From positions 64,001 to 128,000 of IMG/VR virus record IMGVR_UViG_3300014208_000003: a DNA stretch of 64,000 nt; one strand, given 5' to 3'. The position numbers were made by a program, and so were the translations under genes. Shown here piece by piece: positions 18,275-28,493 of this stretch. This DNA is from a virus. The first letter of the stretch is position 1. Each line of letters opens with the position of its first letter. The notes beneath the pieces were generated by a model. It worked only from the letters and a program-made list of their open reading frames with translations. It made no database searches and was not told the origin of the DNA.

Positions 18275-18558
18275 TTTTTATTTTTCCCTGTTAAATATTT
18301 GATTTTTGCTTCTTCCCATTTCTCAGATAAAAAACTATGTGCGAAATGACTAGTTACAATTATTAAACACGATGCGGATATACAGATTACACCGAGTTCA
18401 TGAGAAGGGATATTAAAATTCCAGATATAATTCATAAGAGAACCTATACACCAAGTTGAACCCACTAATATTCCTATAAGTATACTGATTTTAAGAGCAA
18501 ATATAACAAGTCCTTTTAACACATCCCATAAAAATAATAACAAGACTTTCAAAAACAT
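18271..18558 (-). CDS. Small membrane protein
   Basis: Hydrophobic sequence. Confidence 0.55.
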   Translation of the reverse strand: MFLKVLLLFLWDVLKGLVIFALKISILIGILVGSTWCIGSLMNYIWNFNIPSHELGVICISASCLIIVTSHFAHSFLSEKWEEAKIKYLTGKNKK

Positions 18559-18882
18559 TCAAACCTCCAACATTTTAATTAGTTTCACATTATATTTTCC
18601 AATTAGTTTTTTACATTTATTACAAGGCTCTATTGGCAACAAATCACCTCTAGGATTGACTCGGAATAATATCATAGTTGTTATTTTTCCACCATGTTTA
18701 CTAATAGCGTTTTGTTCAGCGTGATTTCCGGCACCTCTTTTATTGAACTTCCCGGGTGTGTTTGTGTGGACTCCTATTAACTCACCTCTTTTATTCAGGC
18801 ATATTACGGAAATCTTAAACTTACAATGAGATTTCTGAGCCTTTGTGATAGCTGTTTTATAATACTTTTTATTGATAGTCAT
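18559..18882 (-). CDS. Cytidine/dCMP deaminase-like protein
   Basis: HAE...PCxxC. Confidence 0.8.
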   Translation of the reverse strand: MTINKKYYKTAITKAQKSHCKFKISVICLNKRGELIGVHTNTPGKFNKRGAGNHAEQNAISKHGGKITTMILFRVNPRGDLLPIEPCNKCKKLIGKYNVKLIKMLEV

Positions 18883-19087
18883 GAGTTGTAATCATTCAAA
18901 CCATTAAGACCGTTATTCATAATTTGTTTATCACCTTCCAAATTATATACTTCAACATGTTTTTTATTGATGTCTTTTAATATCCAGTATAAACGGAATA
19001 TAGACTTTCGATTACCAAGCCATTCCAGTTTATCATCCGCATCTAATTTATCTTCCGAATTTGTTACATACCATATCAATCTGAATC

Positions 19088-19336
19088 TCATATAGTAACT
19101 TTCAAAATCTTTTTAACAGGGAGTAATTGAAGAGTATTTCCAGTATATGCGATCACTAGTTGAAAATTATCCTTTATATTATCTTGATGTATATAATAAC
19201 ATGTATCGTGACGTAAACTTAATGAGTACAATTTATATATCATATTTTTGATTTCCACCACACTAAAATTTTGATTATAAAAGGTAGAATTGGTACTGTC
19301 TATAAATTTTACAACATCATACACGTTAAATTTCAT
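19088..19336 (-). CDS. Hypothetical protein with LLPVKKxLKV tail
   Basis: C-terminus shared with the neighbouring gene. Confidence 0.6.
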   Translation of the reverse strand: MKFNVYDVVKFIDSTNSTFYNQNFSVVEIKNMIYKLYSLSLRHDTCYYIHQDNIKDNFQLVIAYTGNTLQLLPVKKILKVTI

Positions 19337-19536
19337 AACATACTCACTTTCAAAACTTTTTTAACAGGAAGTAGATCAATTTTATTCGGATCTTTTTTAA
19401 TTTTTTCTTTAGAGAAGTGTGTTAAATAATAGTTATAATAATCTTCGCGATTGTTTAGCACCCGCCCAAAATCATCGGGGTAAATTTTGCTTGTCATATA
19501 GTCAAATTTACTTAGCGTGGTGAAGTCGAATACCAT
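19333..19536 (-). CDS. Hypothetical protein with LLPVKKxLKV tail
   Basis: C-terminus shared with the neighbouring gene. Confidence 0.6.
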   Translation of the reverse strand: MVFDFTTLSKFDYMTSKIYPDDFGRVLNNREDYYNYYLTHFSKEKIKKDPNKIDLLPVKKVLKVSML

Positions 19537-19827
19537 ATTTTTCCTTTTCTAAAATATAATAGATGAAAGTTTTAAATCCTAATTATTTCTCAGTAATTAT
19601 TTGAATAGTTCCGATTATTGATATATTTTTATCCAACTCTATCCAATTCTTATAAAAAACAATTTTCTTAACATTCCGGAAAACTCCTACTGTGTCACCT
19701 CCGGAAAATTGAACCACCGTGTATGTTTCTGATTTGTTAGACCGTTGATCTTTTTTATCCGATTCAATTAAAATCAAAGTAACAAAACTGAAAAATAATA
19801 TTGTCCCTATGACTACTAACAAGGCTT

Positions 19828-20499
19828 TCATGATTCGTTCTCGTGAATATAGGTGTCAACTTCATCCAGATCCATTTCAATAAAAGTTCCTCGGGAATAT
19901 AGTTTAAAAAGTTCTCCTTCAAAACCATACAGACCACCAAGAATCATATTACTTTTTAATTCTTTTCTGTCTAAATGCACATTACAAATTTTATTGTTGT
20001 TAATCATTAATCGGATATCACATAAATATTCACGTTTGCCTTCTTCCTTATCAAAACCGACGTGTGTAAAACCATGTGAATCGGATGTAATAAATGTAAT
20101 ATTGTGTCCTTGTTCTTCATCATCTAAATCTTCTTTGAATTTATCTACCAGCTCGGATATTTTAATTTTTTCCGGAACTTGCTCTAGAAGAATTTCGTCC
20201 ATCATTTTCTTTGATTTTTCAATACCATATTCCGTCAATGCTTTTTCAATAGTGTTTTTAACCAGCACAGAAAGATTGTGATTATATTCCGCGAAGTTTG
20301 TTTTAGATAGATCAAGACAAATGTTTTCTTTAATTTGGTTTTCGATCTGTTTTGCAATATCTCCGTAGCTAGAAAATAATCTCTGACATGTGCTTCTAAC
20401 CATTTCGGTAGTTTCTTTTTCAATGATCTTGTTAAAAGAACCATCCTCGATCATTTTCTGAATTTGCTCGGATAATAGTGTTTGTAAATCAATTTGCAT
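19828..20499 (-). CDS. Hypothetical protein
   Basis: Long ORF with a ribosome-binding site. Confidence 0.65.
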   Translation of the reverse strand: MQIDLQTLLSEQIQKMIEDGSFNKIIEKETTEMVRSTCQRLFSSYGDIAKQIENQIKENICLDLSKTNFAEYNHNLSVLVKNTIEKALTEYGIEKSKKMMDEILLEQVPEKIKISELVDKFKEDLDDEEQGHNITFITSDSHGFTHVGFDKEEGKREYLCDIRLMINNNKICNVHLDRKELKSNMILGGLYGFEGELFKLYSRGTFIEMDLDEVDTYIHENES

Positions 20500-21841
20500 T
20501 TGTTACTCCTTCTGTTTCTATGTTATCTTCTGGTTCGGCGCTTTCTATATCAACGGTTCCGGTATCTAGTTCTTTTGTTTCAAATTCAAGAAATTTAAAT
20601 GATTTCAATTTGTAAACGTCGATATCATTAACTTCTCTTCTTAATACAATACCCTCGCTTGGAACTTTATTCAAGCAGTATTCGCATTCTTTTTCCAGAT
20701 ATGTTTCTTTTAATTTATTGATGAATGTTTCCTGCCATACTTTCAAACCTTCTTCGGAATCAATATCTGTAATAGGAATATCATACATGTCTTTAGCATA
20801 ACCATAATAGAATTGTTTTACGGCATTCAAACCCTTTTCTCTACACCAATCCTGAACTTGTTTCGCCGACCATTCAAAAACATCGCCCTGAGCATTTACA
20901 GAAGTGATACGATAAATATGTACAGAGAAATTATTTGGTTCGTTCCCATAATCAAAACTTTTCTGTATCATTCCACCAGAAGGAAGATGACCAACAATTT
21001 CCGCATAATAAGTCATACCTTGTTTCAGAGTATCTTTTATTTTATCTGCTGCTAGAGTCCATATATCTTCTTTATAAAAATGTTGGTGTACTTTATTCAG
21101 GTCATCGTTTTTCACCACTTTTCTTGATGAAACGATAGTTGCATATTCGGTATCAACAATGTTTACTTTAAGAAATTTTAAAATCTTTTCCGGAATACTT
21201 AATTTCTTTTTGCAGAGAATGTTTCCAACTATTAATGATGACCCATGCCATTTAGATGTAATGGATATAATATCTTTCGGTTTAATCTTCCACAAATTCT
21301 TCGCTAATTGCATTGTGTCAATATGATAGTGAAATTGATTCTCTAAAAGTCTAGATACCTTTTTCTTAAAACCCTTCTTCAAATTATTTTTTTCGGATCT
21401 GGAATACTGTACTCTTATAACATACTTCTTACAAATCTTTATTCCGGAAACCTCGTCAAAAGAATCCCCTATATTGAAACAGTATTTTGTAAATGATAGG
21501 CTTTCGATAGGTAGAAAAATTCCCATGCTTTTCTGATTACGGAACTTTATGCAACGAATTCTTCCGGACTCATCGAAATAACCCTTCTTTGTTTTATCTA
21601 CATTCAATTCTGCTTTTCTATATAAGTTATTCTGTGATAAAAACTGTTCGGATAATTGGCATTCAACAGGAAAGAAAACTCCTATCTGTCCTATTTGTGT
21701 ATCTTTTCCTACAATAACCTGATTACCATAAATAATAGCACCTACTACATTATCACAATTTTCCAGAGGTATTAATGTTTTTATTTCAACAATCTCTCCG
21801 CAATAATTCTCGTTCTCGGGTTTCTTTAGACTCATTTTCAT
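20489..21841 (-). CDS. RNA ligase, DRB0094/Rnl2-like
   Basis: N-terminal OB-like domain, KWHGSS, YAEIVG, EGIVLR, KLKS. Confidence 0.8.
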   Translation of the reverse strand: MKMSLKKPENENYCGEIVEIKTLIPLENCDNVVGAIIYGNQVIVGKDTQIGQIGVFFPVECQLSEQFLSQNNLYRKAELNVDKTKKGYFDESGRIRCIKFRNQKSMGIFLPIESLSFTKYCFNIGDSFDEVSGIKICKKYVIRVQYSRSEKNNLKKGFKKKVSRLLENQFHYHIDTMQLAKNLWKIKPKDIISITSKWHGSSLIVGNILCKKKLSIPEKILKFLKVNIVDTEYATIVSSRKVVKNDDLNKVHQHFYKEDIWTLAADKIKDTLKQGMTYYAEIVGHLPSGGMIQKSFDYGNEPNNFSVHIYRITSVNAQGDVFEWSAKQVQDWCREKGLNAVKQFYYGYAKDMYDIPITDIDSEEGLKVWQETFINKLKETYLEKECEYCLNKVPSEGIVLRREVNDIDVYKLKSFKFLEFETKELDTGTVDIESAEPEDNIETEGVTNAN

Positions 21842-22325
21842 ATTCCTTTTTTAACGTGTATATTTTATTTATGCTTACCGGATAAAAATCATTATTATCT
21901 ACACCAACATCATATTGCAAACCTTGACCTTTTAAATTACCGTGAGAATGTCCGAAACACTGAAAGCTACCGTAATGACTTCTTGTCCAAACCCTTCCCG
22001 CATAATGATCGCAAACAACATACAGACCATCAATATTTTTCTCCCACCGTTCATGATATTTTTCTTTATCTAACCATCCATCATGTGAACCTCTTAGAAA
22101 AATATGATTACCAGTTAATTTTGAAACATAATTTTCATAAACAAAATCACAATTGTGTAATAGTGTAAAATCTCCACAATGAATTACTGTATCATTATCC
22201 TTTACTACCGAATTGTGCCTTTTAATTATCTCATTATCCATTTCTAACACTGTCAAAAAAGGTCTGGAACAATATAGGATTATGTTGTTGTGTCCGTAAT
22301 GTTGATCCGCCGTGAAAAAATACAT
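21786..22325 (-). CDS. Calcineurin-like metallophosphoesterase
   Basis: ADQHYGH, GD, GSHD, GHSH, DVGVD. Confidence 0.88.
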   Translation of the reverse strand: MYFFTADQHYGHNNIILYCSRPFLTVLEMDNEIIKRHNSVVKDNDTVIHCGDFTLLHNCDFVYENYVSKLTGNHIFLRGSHDGWLDKEKYHERWEKNIDGLYVVCDHYAGRVWTRSHYGSFQCFGHSHGNLKGQGLQYDVGVDNNDFYPVSINKIYTLKKEYENESKETRERELLRRDC

Positions 22326-22619
22326 TTAATCCCCTTAATCTATTATTTTCTTAACTATTACTTTCGCTTTATCTACCCAATTATTAAACGTCAATTCTAC
22401 TTCATCTCCAACCTTTTTATTTTTCAGATATTTCAACCGCGATATTCCATGACCTAAAGAACAGTTTTCTAAATTTTCTTCCGGAATTTTGCTCATATCT
22501 TGTTCGGTGTTATCTTTTATATTAGTTATTTTAATCTTTCTCCATATAGATCCATCACAAGAAACTTTTTCGCAATTAGCACATACAGTTATAGTTTTTG
22601 TTGGCATTTATTGTTCCTT

Positions 22620-22910
22620 TTAAATTTCCATACCGTGTGATTCTTGTTCCCGAAATCTTTTTAAATCTATCTCAAAGAATGGTTCCGCAATTTTATCGTT
22701 AACAATTTTTCTAATATCTTCCGGAACATTCCTACAAATTAAATTATAATCTCTAAATCCTTTTATTAGTTTCATTTCTCCATTATATTTTTCATATCTT
22801 ATAAAACAAGATACAATCGAATGAATTTTACTTTTACATTCGCCAACATATCTATAAAACGTTCCACCTAAATCGGCTTCGTCAATAAATTCCCAATATT
22901 CTTCAACCAT
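22620..22910 (-). CDS. Small protein, DPFxEID-motif family (dispersed copy)
   Basis: NVPEDIRK...AEPFFEID. Confidence 0.75.
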   Translation of the reverse strand: MVEEYWEFIDEADLGGTFYRYVGECKSKIHSIVSCFIRYEKYNGEMKLIKGFRDYNLICRNVPEDIRKIVNDKIAEPFFEIDLKRFREQESHGMEI

Positions 22911-23244
22911 TTTTAATTTTCAGATATAGGTTTCTTTTATATTCATTTCGGTGTGGATGACAGAATCTTTGGATATGAGTTGTGTCTATAGAAAGTTCTG
23001 TTTTATAGGGAGTACCACAACAATCACAGTTTCGTACATAAAGAGTTTGTTCCGGATATTTCTCTACTTTAATCCACATTTTACTATAATTTTTCAGTTC
23101 TTCGTTATCTCCTCTTTTTCTTCCGGTATTGCAATTAGAACAGAAAACTTTATTGTCTTTAATATTGTACATTTGTTTTCCGCATTCTTTACATGTACGG
23201 TTGTATTTTGTAGCTCTTGTTCTGAAATAGTTTTGAAGTGACAT
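22903..23244 (-). CDS. Zinc-finger protein
   Basis: Multiple CxxC motifs. Confidence 0.6.
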   Translation of the reverse strand: MSLQNYFRTRATKYNRTCKECGKQMYNIKDNKVFCSNCNTGRKRGDNEELKNYSKMWIKVEKYPEQTLYVRNCDCCGTPYKTELSIDTTHIQRFCHPHRNEYKRNLYLKIKNG

Positions 23245-23264
23245 GTTGTTCCTTTTATAGTTGT

Positions 23265-24461
23265 TTAAGATTCGTGTCTATCTAAATGAGCTACTTCACC
23301 CCAATCAACAGGGGGTTTATTCTGTTTGTTGGTCATAAGCCATAATACTTTTGTTTTAGAAGGTTTAGTTGGAGCATCTGCAAAACCATCTGTGTAAATT
23401 ATAAGTCCGTCAATATTTTCTTTTTCTGCTAGGTTTATAATTGCCTGAAAATCTGTACCACCTCTACCATGAACTTTTACAGAATCTTTTGCCTTTCTCC
23501 ATTTTTTCTCTATATGCTTAATTTCTGTATCAAACTGTACACAAGAAAGTTCGGAATGCTTACAGACAGAATTGATTACCGAAAATGCTTCTGCTAAATC
23601 TTGATCTGAAACACTTCCGGAAACATCAACAGAAAACATAATTTTACTTTTATAATCTCTTCTATGTCCCGGAACTTCAAATTCTCTTCTCCGGTTCATT
23701 TTCATTCTAATTGCGTGTTGCTGTGTAGTTGTTACCGATGTTGTGAACCTTCTTAGAATATCTCTCCAATAAATTTTAGGAGTAACAGAAGCAATAATAT
23801 CACCGACAGCTTTACCAGTATATTTTCCCCATTGCTTTGATGATCCTTTATTTTGATTTATCAGTTCTTTTACTTCTGCATCCATTAACTGATTTTCTTC
23901 CCAGTATTTCGCAGTATCACCAAGTTGTTTCATATACTCTTTTAAATCTTTGGTTGCTTTCGAATCTCCTTTTTGTGGTTCGAGATTCATCATAGTAGAA
24001 GGAATTTTTGGTGTATTTTCTTCCAACCATTTAAAAAAGAATTCGTAATAAGCATTATCCTTGAAATCATCAATACCAAACATTTCAGGAGTTAATGTCT
24101 TTGATTCGGAGCAGTCGTGCAAGCAGTTATTTACGGTCAAATTACTTGCTAGTGCTGCGAGTTCCCTTGGTGACTTTAAACGTGTTGTGGGATGTCTGTA
24201 GAGCATTCTGAAGCCTTCCGATACCAAAACAAATTCCAGAACCTCATCGTTTATTTTATTAATGTATTCCGGATTATATTTCAAAGATGGTCTGGAACCT
24301 CTTGGATCGATAGCTACGGTTTTAATTGTAGTATCTTCTTCTTTTTCTAATAAGCAATATGTCTGAAGTAAAACTGGATCGTTAAAGAAAAATTTTGTAA
24401 TCTGGTTTTCAATACGGTCTTTAGCACTCATGAAGTCTTTTCTCCTGTAAATCGATTCCAC
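23265..24461 (-). CDS. DUF2201-like (metallopeptidase-like plus VWA) protein, probable MoxR partner
   Basis: VDVSGS, QFDT, GRGGTDF, YTDG MIDAS motifs. Confidence 0.85.
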   Translation of the reverse strand: MESIYRRKDFMSAKDRIENQITKFFFNDPVLLQTYCLLEKEEDTTIKTVAIDPRGSRPSLKYNPEYINKINDEVLEFVLVSEGFRMLYRHPTTRLKSPRELAALASNLTVNNCLHDCSESKTLTPEMFGIDDFKDNAYYEFFFKWLEENTPKIPSTMMNLEPQKGDSKATKDLKEYMKQLGDTAKYWEENQLMDAEVKELINQNKGSSKQWGKYTGKAVGDIIASVTPKIYWRDILRRFTTSVTTTQQHAIRMKMNRRREFEVPGHRRDYKSKIMFSVDVSGSVSDQDLAEAFSVINSVCKHSELSCVQFDTEIKHIEKKWRKAKDSVKVHGRGGTDFQAIINLAEKENIDGLIIYTDGFADAPTKPSKTKVLWLMTNKQNKPPVDWGEVAHLDRHES

Positions 24462-24685
24462 ATAGTTCCACAGTCAGGACATTTCCAATAAGAGATACCG
24501 TCATATTTTTGTGCATCTTCTACACCAATCAATCTTGAAAATCTGTATGGTGGGGAATAATATTGTTTGACTGTGATTTCAATTTCTTCTTTTGTTTTCC
24601 ACGGTTCTTGTTCATGAAGTTTTTCGACAATTGATCCACCATCCCACGAAGAACCACATTCCGGACATTTTTTTAATTTTTCCAT
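24428..24685 (-). CDS. Zinc-ribbon protein
   Basis: CPECG...YDG...W.CPDCG..W.RF. Confidence 0.7.
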   Translation of the reverse strand: MEKLKKCPECGSSWDGGSIVEKLHEQEPWKTKEEIEITVKQYYSPPYRFSRLIGVEDAQKYDGISYWKCPDCGTMWNRFTGEKTS

Positions 24686-24991
24686 TTAACACCATTTCTT
24701 CATAAAGTCATTGGATTCTAACACATGGAGATCTGTCAAAAAATTATGGTACACATTCATCTGCATTTTTCCTTCTTCGTTACCATCTAATCTATCTCGT
24801 TTTTCAATTTTTCGATGTTCAATTCTTTGTAATAATTCATCATCGATATTATCAAACATAAAACTCCCTTCGATTCAATTATTTGTGATTTGTTTGCAGA
24901 GATTATAATATAACTGTTAATGATTCATAAACCAAATAAAAAAGAGGAACCAAAGCCCCTCTTTTGAAATTAAACTTCATAACTTAATTTT

Positions 24992-25396
24992 TTAACTAAC
25001 CGTAATTACTTTTTCTTTTTCCGGAACAGCTTCTACTATTAACAATCCATCAACCATTTTTGCCGTGACAGATTCCGGAACAAATAACACCTTTAAATTT
25101 GTGGTGAATGAGTAATCTTTAACCACATTGTCGTTCTGTTTTACTGTGATGGATATTGTCTGACCTCTTACCGAGACACTTACAGATTCTTTTTTAATAC
25201 CGGCTAATTTAAATGATGCCTTGAATGAATTAATAGTGTCTGTAATTATTGTACAAACATTATCAGGTACAATATAAAGATCATCACTTGACCATTCTAA
25301 ATTTGTGGTTCGGTGTGTTAGAGGAAACCAACCGCTCAGATCATAGTTTGAATTATACGGAAAGCTAGGGAAACTCGGAAAACTAATTAGACACAT
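24992..25396 (-). CDS. Small heat-shock protein (Hsp20)
   Basis: LAGIKKE.V.V, AKMVDGLL.V. Confidence 0.8.
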   Translation of the reverse strand: MCLISFPSFPSFPYNSNYDLSGWFPLTHRTTNLEWSSDDLYIVPDNVCTIITDTINSFKASFKLAGIKKESVSVSVRGQTISITVKQNDNVVKDYSFTTNLKVLFVPESVTAKMVDGLLIVEAVPEKEKVITVS

Positions 25397-25498
25397 ATAA
25401 AACTCCTTTGTTTAAAATTTACAAAATATATCGCAAAATCAATGCCAGAAAATATTCCGGAAAATTCCAATAAAAACAAGCATTGACAAAATAATGTT

Positions 25499-26248
25499 TC
25501 ATACTTGTACTAGCTGTGTTTCATTTGGTTGAACAATTTCTCTCGGAATAGATACCAAAGAAGAACAGTCGTCACACAAACCAACCAATGCATTCTTATG
25601 GATTTTATTATTTAAAAAAATATCTTGTGTATATAATGTAGCCGATGAAATTTTATTACACTTCTGACAATACACAATCATCATATCCGATTCTTTTCTT
25701 ATATGTTTTTTATGAACCAATTTTCTTGTCTGTGCTTTCACTGGTTCATTATACATTAATAATTTTCCGTCTATAATATCTCCCATTCCTCTTGTTAAAA
25801 TTGTGTGATGATTTGGACACAATATTATCAAATTTTCGGGACTGTTATTTTTTCTATTAAAATCTATATGATGTACGTCTAAACAACTCGATTCCAAAAA
25901 CCATCCACATATTTCACATTTGTTTTCTCTGGTTCTTAAAGTTATAATTCTATAATCCTCGCCCTCTAACTTCTTTTTGTTTCTAAAAGTATTATAACAA
26001 GCATATGTACAAAAATGTTTTCCTGTGTCAGATCTAGGCATATAACAATTGTGTTTTTCAAACTCTGTCCCACATTCCGTACATTTAACTATAGTTCTAT
26101 AAAATTGTCTCTGTTTGTTATAATAATTGTTACTGCATATTTTATTACAAAAATTTATATTATTTTTTAACGATAGTAATTTTGTACATTCTTTCCCACA
26201 AAACCCACAATTAAAATCAAATCTTTTTGCTGGTTCAAAAATAGACAT
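25499..26248 (-). CDS. HNH endonuclease with zinc fingers
   Basis: CEICG..LDVHHID.N..NN..ENLI.LCPNHH; start refined. Confidence 0.85.
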   Translation of the reverse strand: MSIFEPAKRFDFNCGFCGKECTKLLSLKNNINFCNKICSNNYYNKQRQFYRTIVKCTECGTEFEKHNCYMPRSDTGKHFCTYACYNTFRNKKKLEGEDYRIITLRTRENKCEICGWFLESSCLDVHHIDFNRKNNSPENLIILCPNHHTILTRGMGDIIDGKLLMYNEPVKAQTRKLVHKKHIRKESDMMIVYCQKCNKISSATLYTQDIFLNNKIHKNALVGLCDDCSSLVSIPREIVQPNETQLVQV

Positions 26249-26249
26249 A

Positions 26250-26510
26250 TCAATAAGGAGCCTTGTCACCCAATAGAACAGATGCCATATCGTTGTTTGA
26301 CAGATTCTTACGATATGCCTTCTTCCCGTATGTATAATCGTAGGCGCCCGGACAATCAAAACTCTGACCATCGAAACAAGTTTTTATAACCAATTTTCCT
26401 TCTTTACATTTCGGACATATTTCAGGAGGATTCATATCTTTAGGAACGGATGGACTTGTCGAATACTCTTCTTGAAAATCACACTTTGAACATTTGTAAT
26501 CGTATAACAT
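26250..26510 (-). CDS. FmdB-family zinc-ribbon protein
   Basis: MLYDYKCSKC...CPKC. Confidence 0.8.
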   Translation of the reverse strand: MLYDYKCSKCDFQEEYSTSPSVPKDMNPPEICPKCKEGKLVIKTCFDGQSFDCPGAYDYTYGKKAYRKNLSNNDMASVLLGDKAPY

Positions 26511-26823
26511 TATAACTCCAATAAATTTTTAAGTTTTTGTTTTATTGTTTTTTGTTGTAGCTTTAGAGTAAGTTCATCTATTTTATTTCTTGCCTCGTTT
26601 ACCGCATTATAAAGAAAAGAATTGTCCGGAATATAACAAATTTTATCTCCTCTAATTTTTTCAATAGACGTAGAAACAAATTTTTTAGTGTTGAAGTTTT
26701 GGTTTAAATTTCTCGCATGTACATTTGAACTACATAAAATTTTCACATCTTTTACAGAACTTATTTTTGTTGTATACCCGATTTGTCTTCTGTTGGCAAT
26801 CTCTTCTAACAATTCAAAATTTC

Positions 26824-27519
26824 TCATATCAACTCCTCTATTATAATTTCCGCACCTTGTTTCAAATTTTCCAGTGAACCATTATTATCAACCGTATAAA
26901 CAAATTCAGTAAAGTTATCCAAAGCAGTTTCTGATTCATGTTCATTGACTGTATTTATAGAATCGTTTTTTCTTTCGACCCTTACTGTAATAAGTTCGTA
27001 TTTATCACTTTGCATATTTTCTATTTCATTAGGGAATCTGACATCAGTAATTAAAATAAAATCTGCCTTACTGTTCAAAACTCTTTCTTTAGTTTGATTG
27101 ATCCAGAAATTATCTTCAACACGTTTCCGGAATATTTCTGTACCATATATTTGTAATAGTCTTCTTGTAATTTCTGTTTTATTTTCGTACCAATTTTCAT
27201 CAGCTATTTTCAACGATTCTATTTCACTATATATCTGATTAAATCTATGTCGTAAAGGTAGCATATCAACATCCCACTGAGAGGCATAATTACACATATC
27301 ATCCAGAACATCCCGAACCAAGGATTTTAATTTATCAGAATAATTATTAAGATATTTCTGTACTTCTTGAAAATCATGTTTGGAACCGTCTTTAACACCT
27401 TTTGCGAACAGATCCATTTCAACAGTTCTTCCCTTTGCTTCTAGAGATTGTTTCATAAAATCTGCTAGTTGGTTTTTTCCTGAACGCATTTTTCCGCTTA
27501 ACAAGATGACACTTTTCAT
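26824..27519 (-). CDS. Deoxynucleoside monophosphate kinase
   Basis: GKMRSGK, RRLLQ.YGTE..R, TDVRFPNE, HESE. Confidence 0.88.
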   Translation of the reverse strand: MKSVILLSGKMRSGKNQLADFMKQSLEAKGRTVEMDLFAKGVKDGSKHDFQEVQKYLNNYSDKLKSLVRDVLDDMCNYASQWDVDMLPLRHRFNQIYSEIESLKIADENWYENKTEITRRLLQIYGTEIFRKRVEDNFWINQTKERVLNSKADFILITDVRFPNEIENMQSDKYELITVRVERKNDSINTVNEHESETALDNFTEFVYTVDNNGSLENLKQGAEIIIEELI

Positions 27520-28133
27520 TCATTCTCCTTCTTCAACAGTTCTTTATTTAATTTTTTGAAATATCTGTTTATAAATTTTGTTTCTGTTTCAAATGTTACT
27601 ATAGGATTTTTGTTGTACTCTATAAATTCATCATCAATATAAACGTAATCAATAATCAATCTATCACATAAACCACAGAAAAAGGCATCTTCCGGAATTT
27701 CTTCGGCATCCTTGAACTCATAATAATTACCACAGTTAGGACAAGATATAGAAAACAGTATATCGTTATTTTTCTTTGCTTTGTTGTCAGGATGTTGTTT
27801 TGCGTTTTTTATTTCGGAAAGTTCTTTTTTATATACTTGTTCCGTTTCAAATTCAGTATGTTCACAAAGCCTATAAGATTTTCCTTCAACATCAATCAAA
27901 TCAATAAACCTAAAAGAATCTAGTCCTAATCTTATTTTAATATATCCCGATTCTGTTTCGACTTGGCTCATACAGTTTTCAATACCTTTTAAGTAGCCTA
28001 TTAACCATTCTTTATTTTTACATACAACAGGAACAAAATATTTCGGAACATAAAAGATAATTCCGAAATCATCTATAAATAATATTTTCCGGATTGCTTG
28101 TTCATTTTTATCGAGTAGAATTTCAGGTCGCAT
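27516..28133 (-). CDS. Hypothetical protein with zinc ribbon
   Basis: CPNCG...CGLC. Confidence 0.6.
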   Translation of the reverse strand: MRPEILLDKNEQAIRKILFIDDFGIIFYVPKYFVPVVCKNKEWLIGYLKGIENCMSQVETESGYIKIRLGLDSFRFIDLIDVEGKSYRLCEHTEFETEQVYKKELSEIKNAKQHPDNKAKKNNDILFSISCPNCGNYYEFKDAEEIPEDAFFCGLCDRLIIDYVYIDDEFIEYNKNPIVTFETETKFINRYFKKLNKELLKKENE

Positions 28134-28485
28134 AGTAGGTTTTTATTTTCTTTATTGTTTCTGGTTGTAGTTTTTCGAGTAACATTTCTGCATCAACGGA
28201 ACCTAATTGAAAGAATTCCGAAATCATTTTAATATCTTTTTCGTCTCTCTTTTTTGTTTTAATGTACGGAAGATAGACTTTATAATCTGGTAAAACATTT
28301 TTTAATAACCTTGCGTGAGATTGCTTCGGAATAGTTCTTTTGTTTAATTCTTCGGCAACTGGTAGAAAAATATCCGACATTGAAACACATCTATTAATCA
28401 TATACGGATCATAAGTTGCTAATTCATGTTCCGGAAGATCGGACTTATTCATAAACAAATCATTAACATGTTCAAAAAGTTGCAT
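28123..28485 (-). CDS. Clamp loader small subunit, gp62-like
   Basis: YDPYMINRCVS...AEELN...YLPYIK; genomic context. Confidence 0.75.
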   Translation of the reverse strand: MQLFEHVNDLFMNKSDLPEHELATYDPYMINRCVSMSDIFLPVAEELNKRTIPKQSHARLLKNVLPDYKVYLPYIKTKKRDEKDIKMISEFFQLGSVDAEMLLEKLQPETIKKIKTYYAT

Positions 28486-28493
28486 TTAAACCT

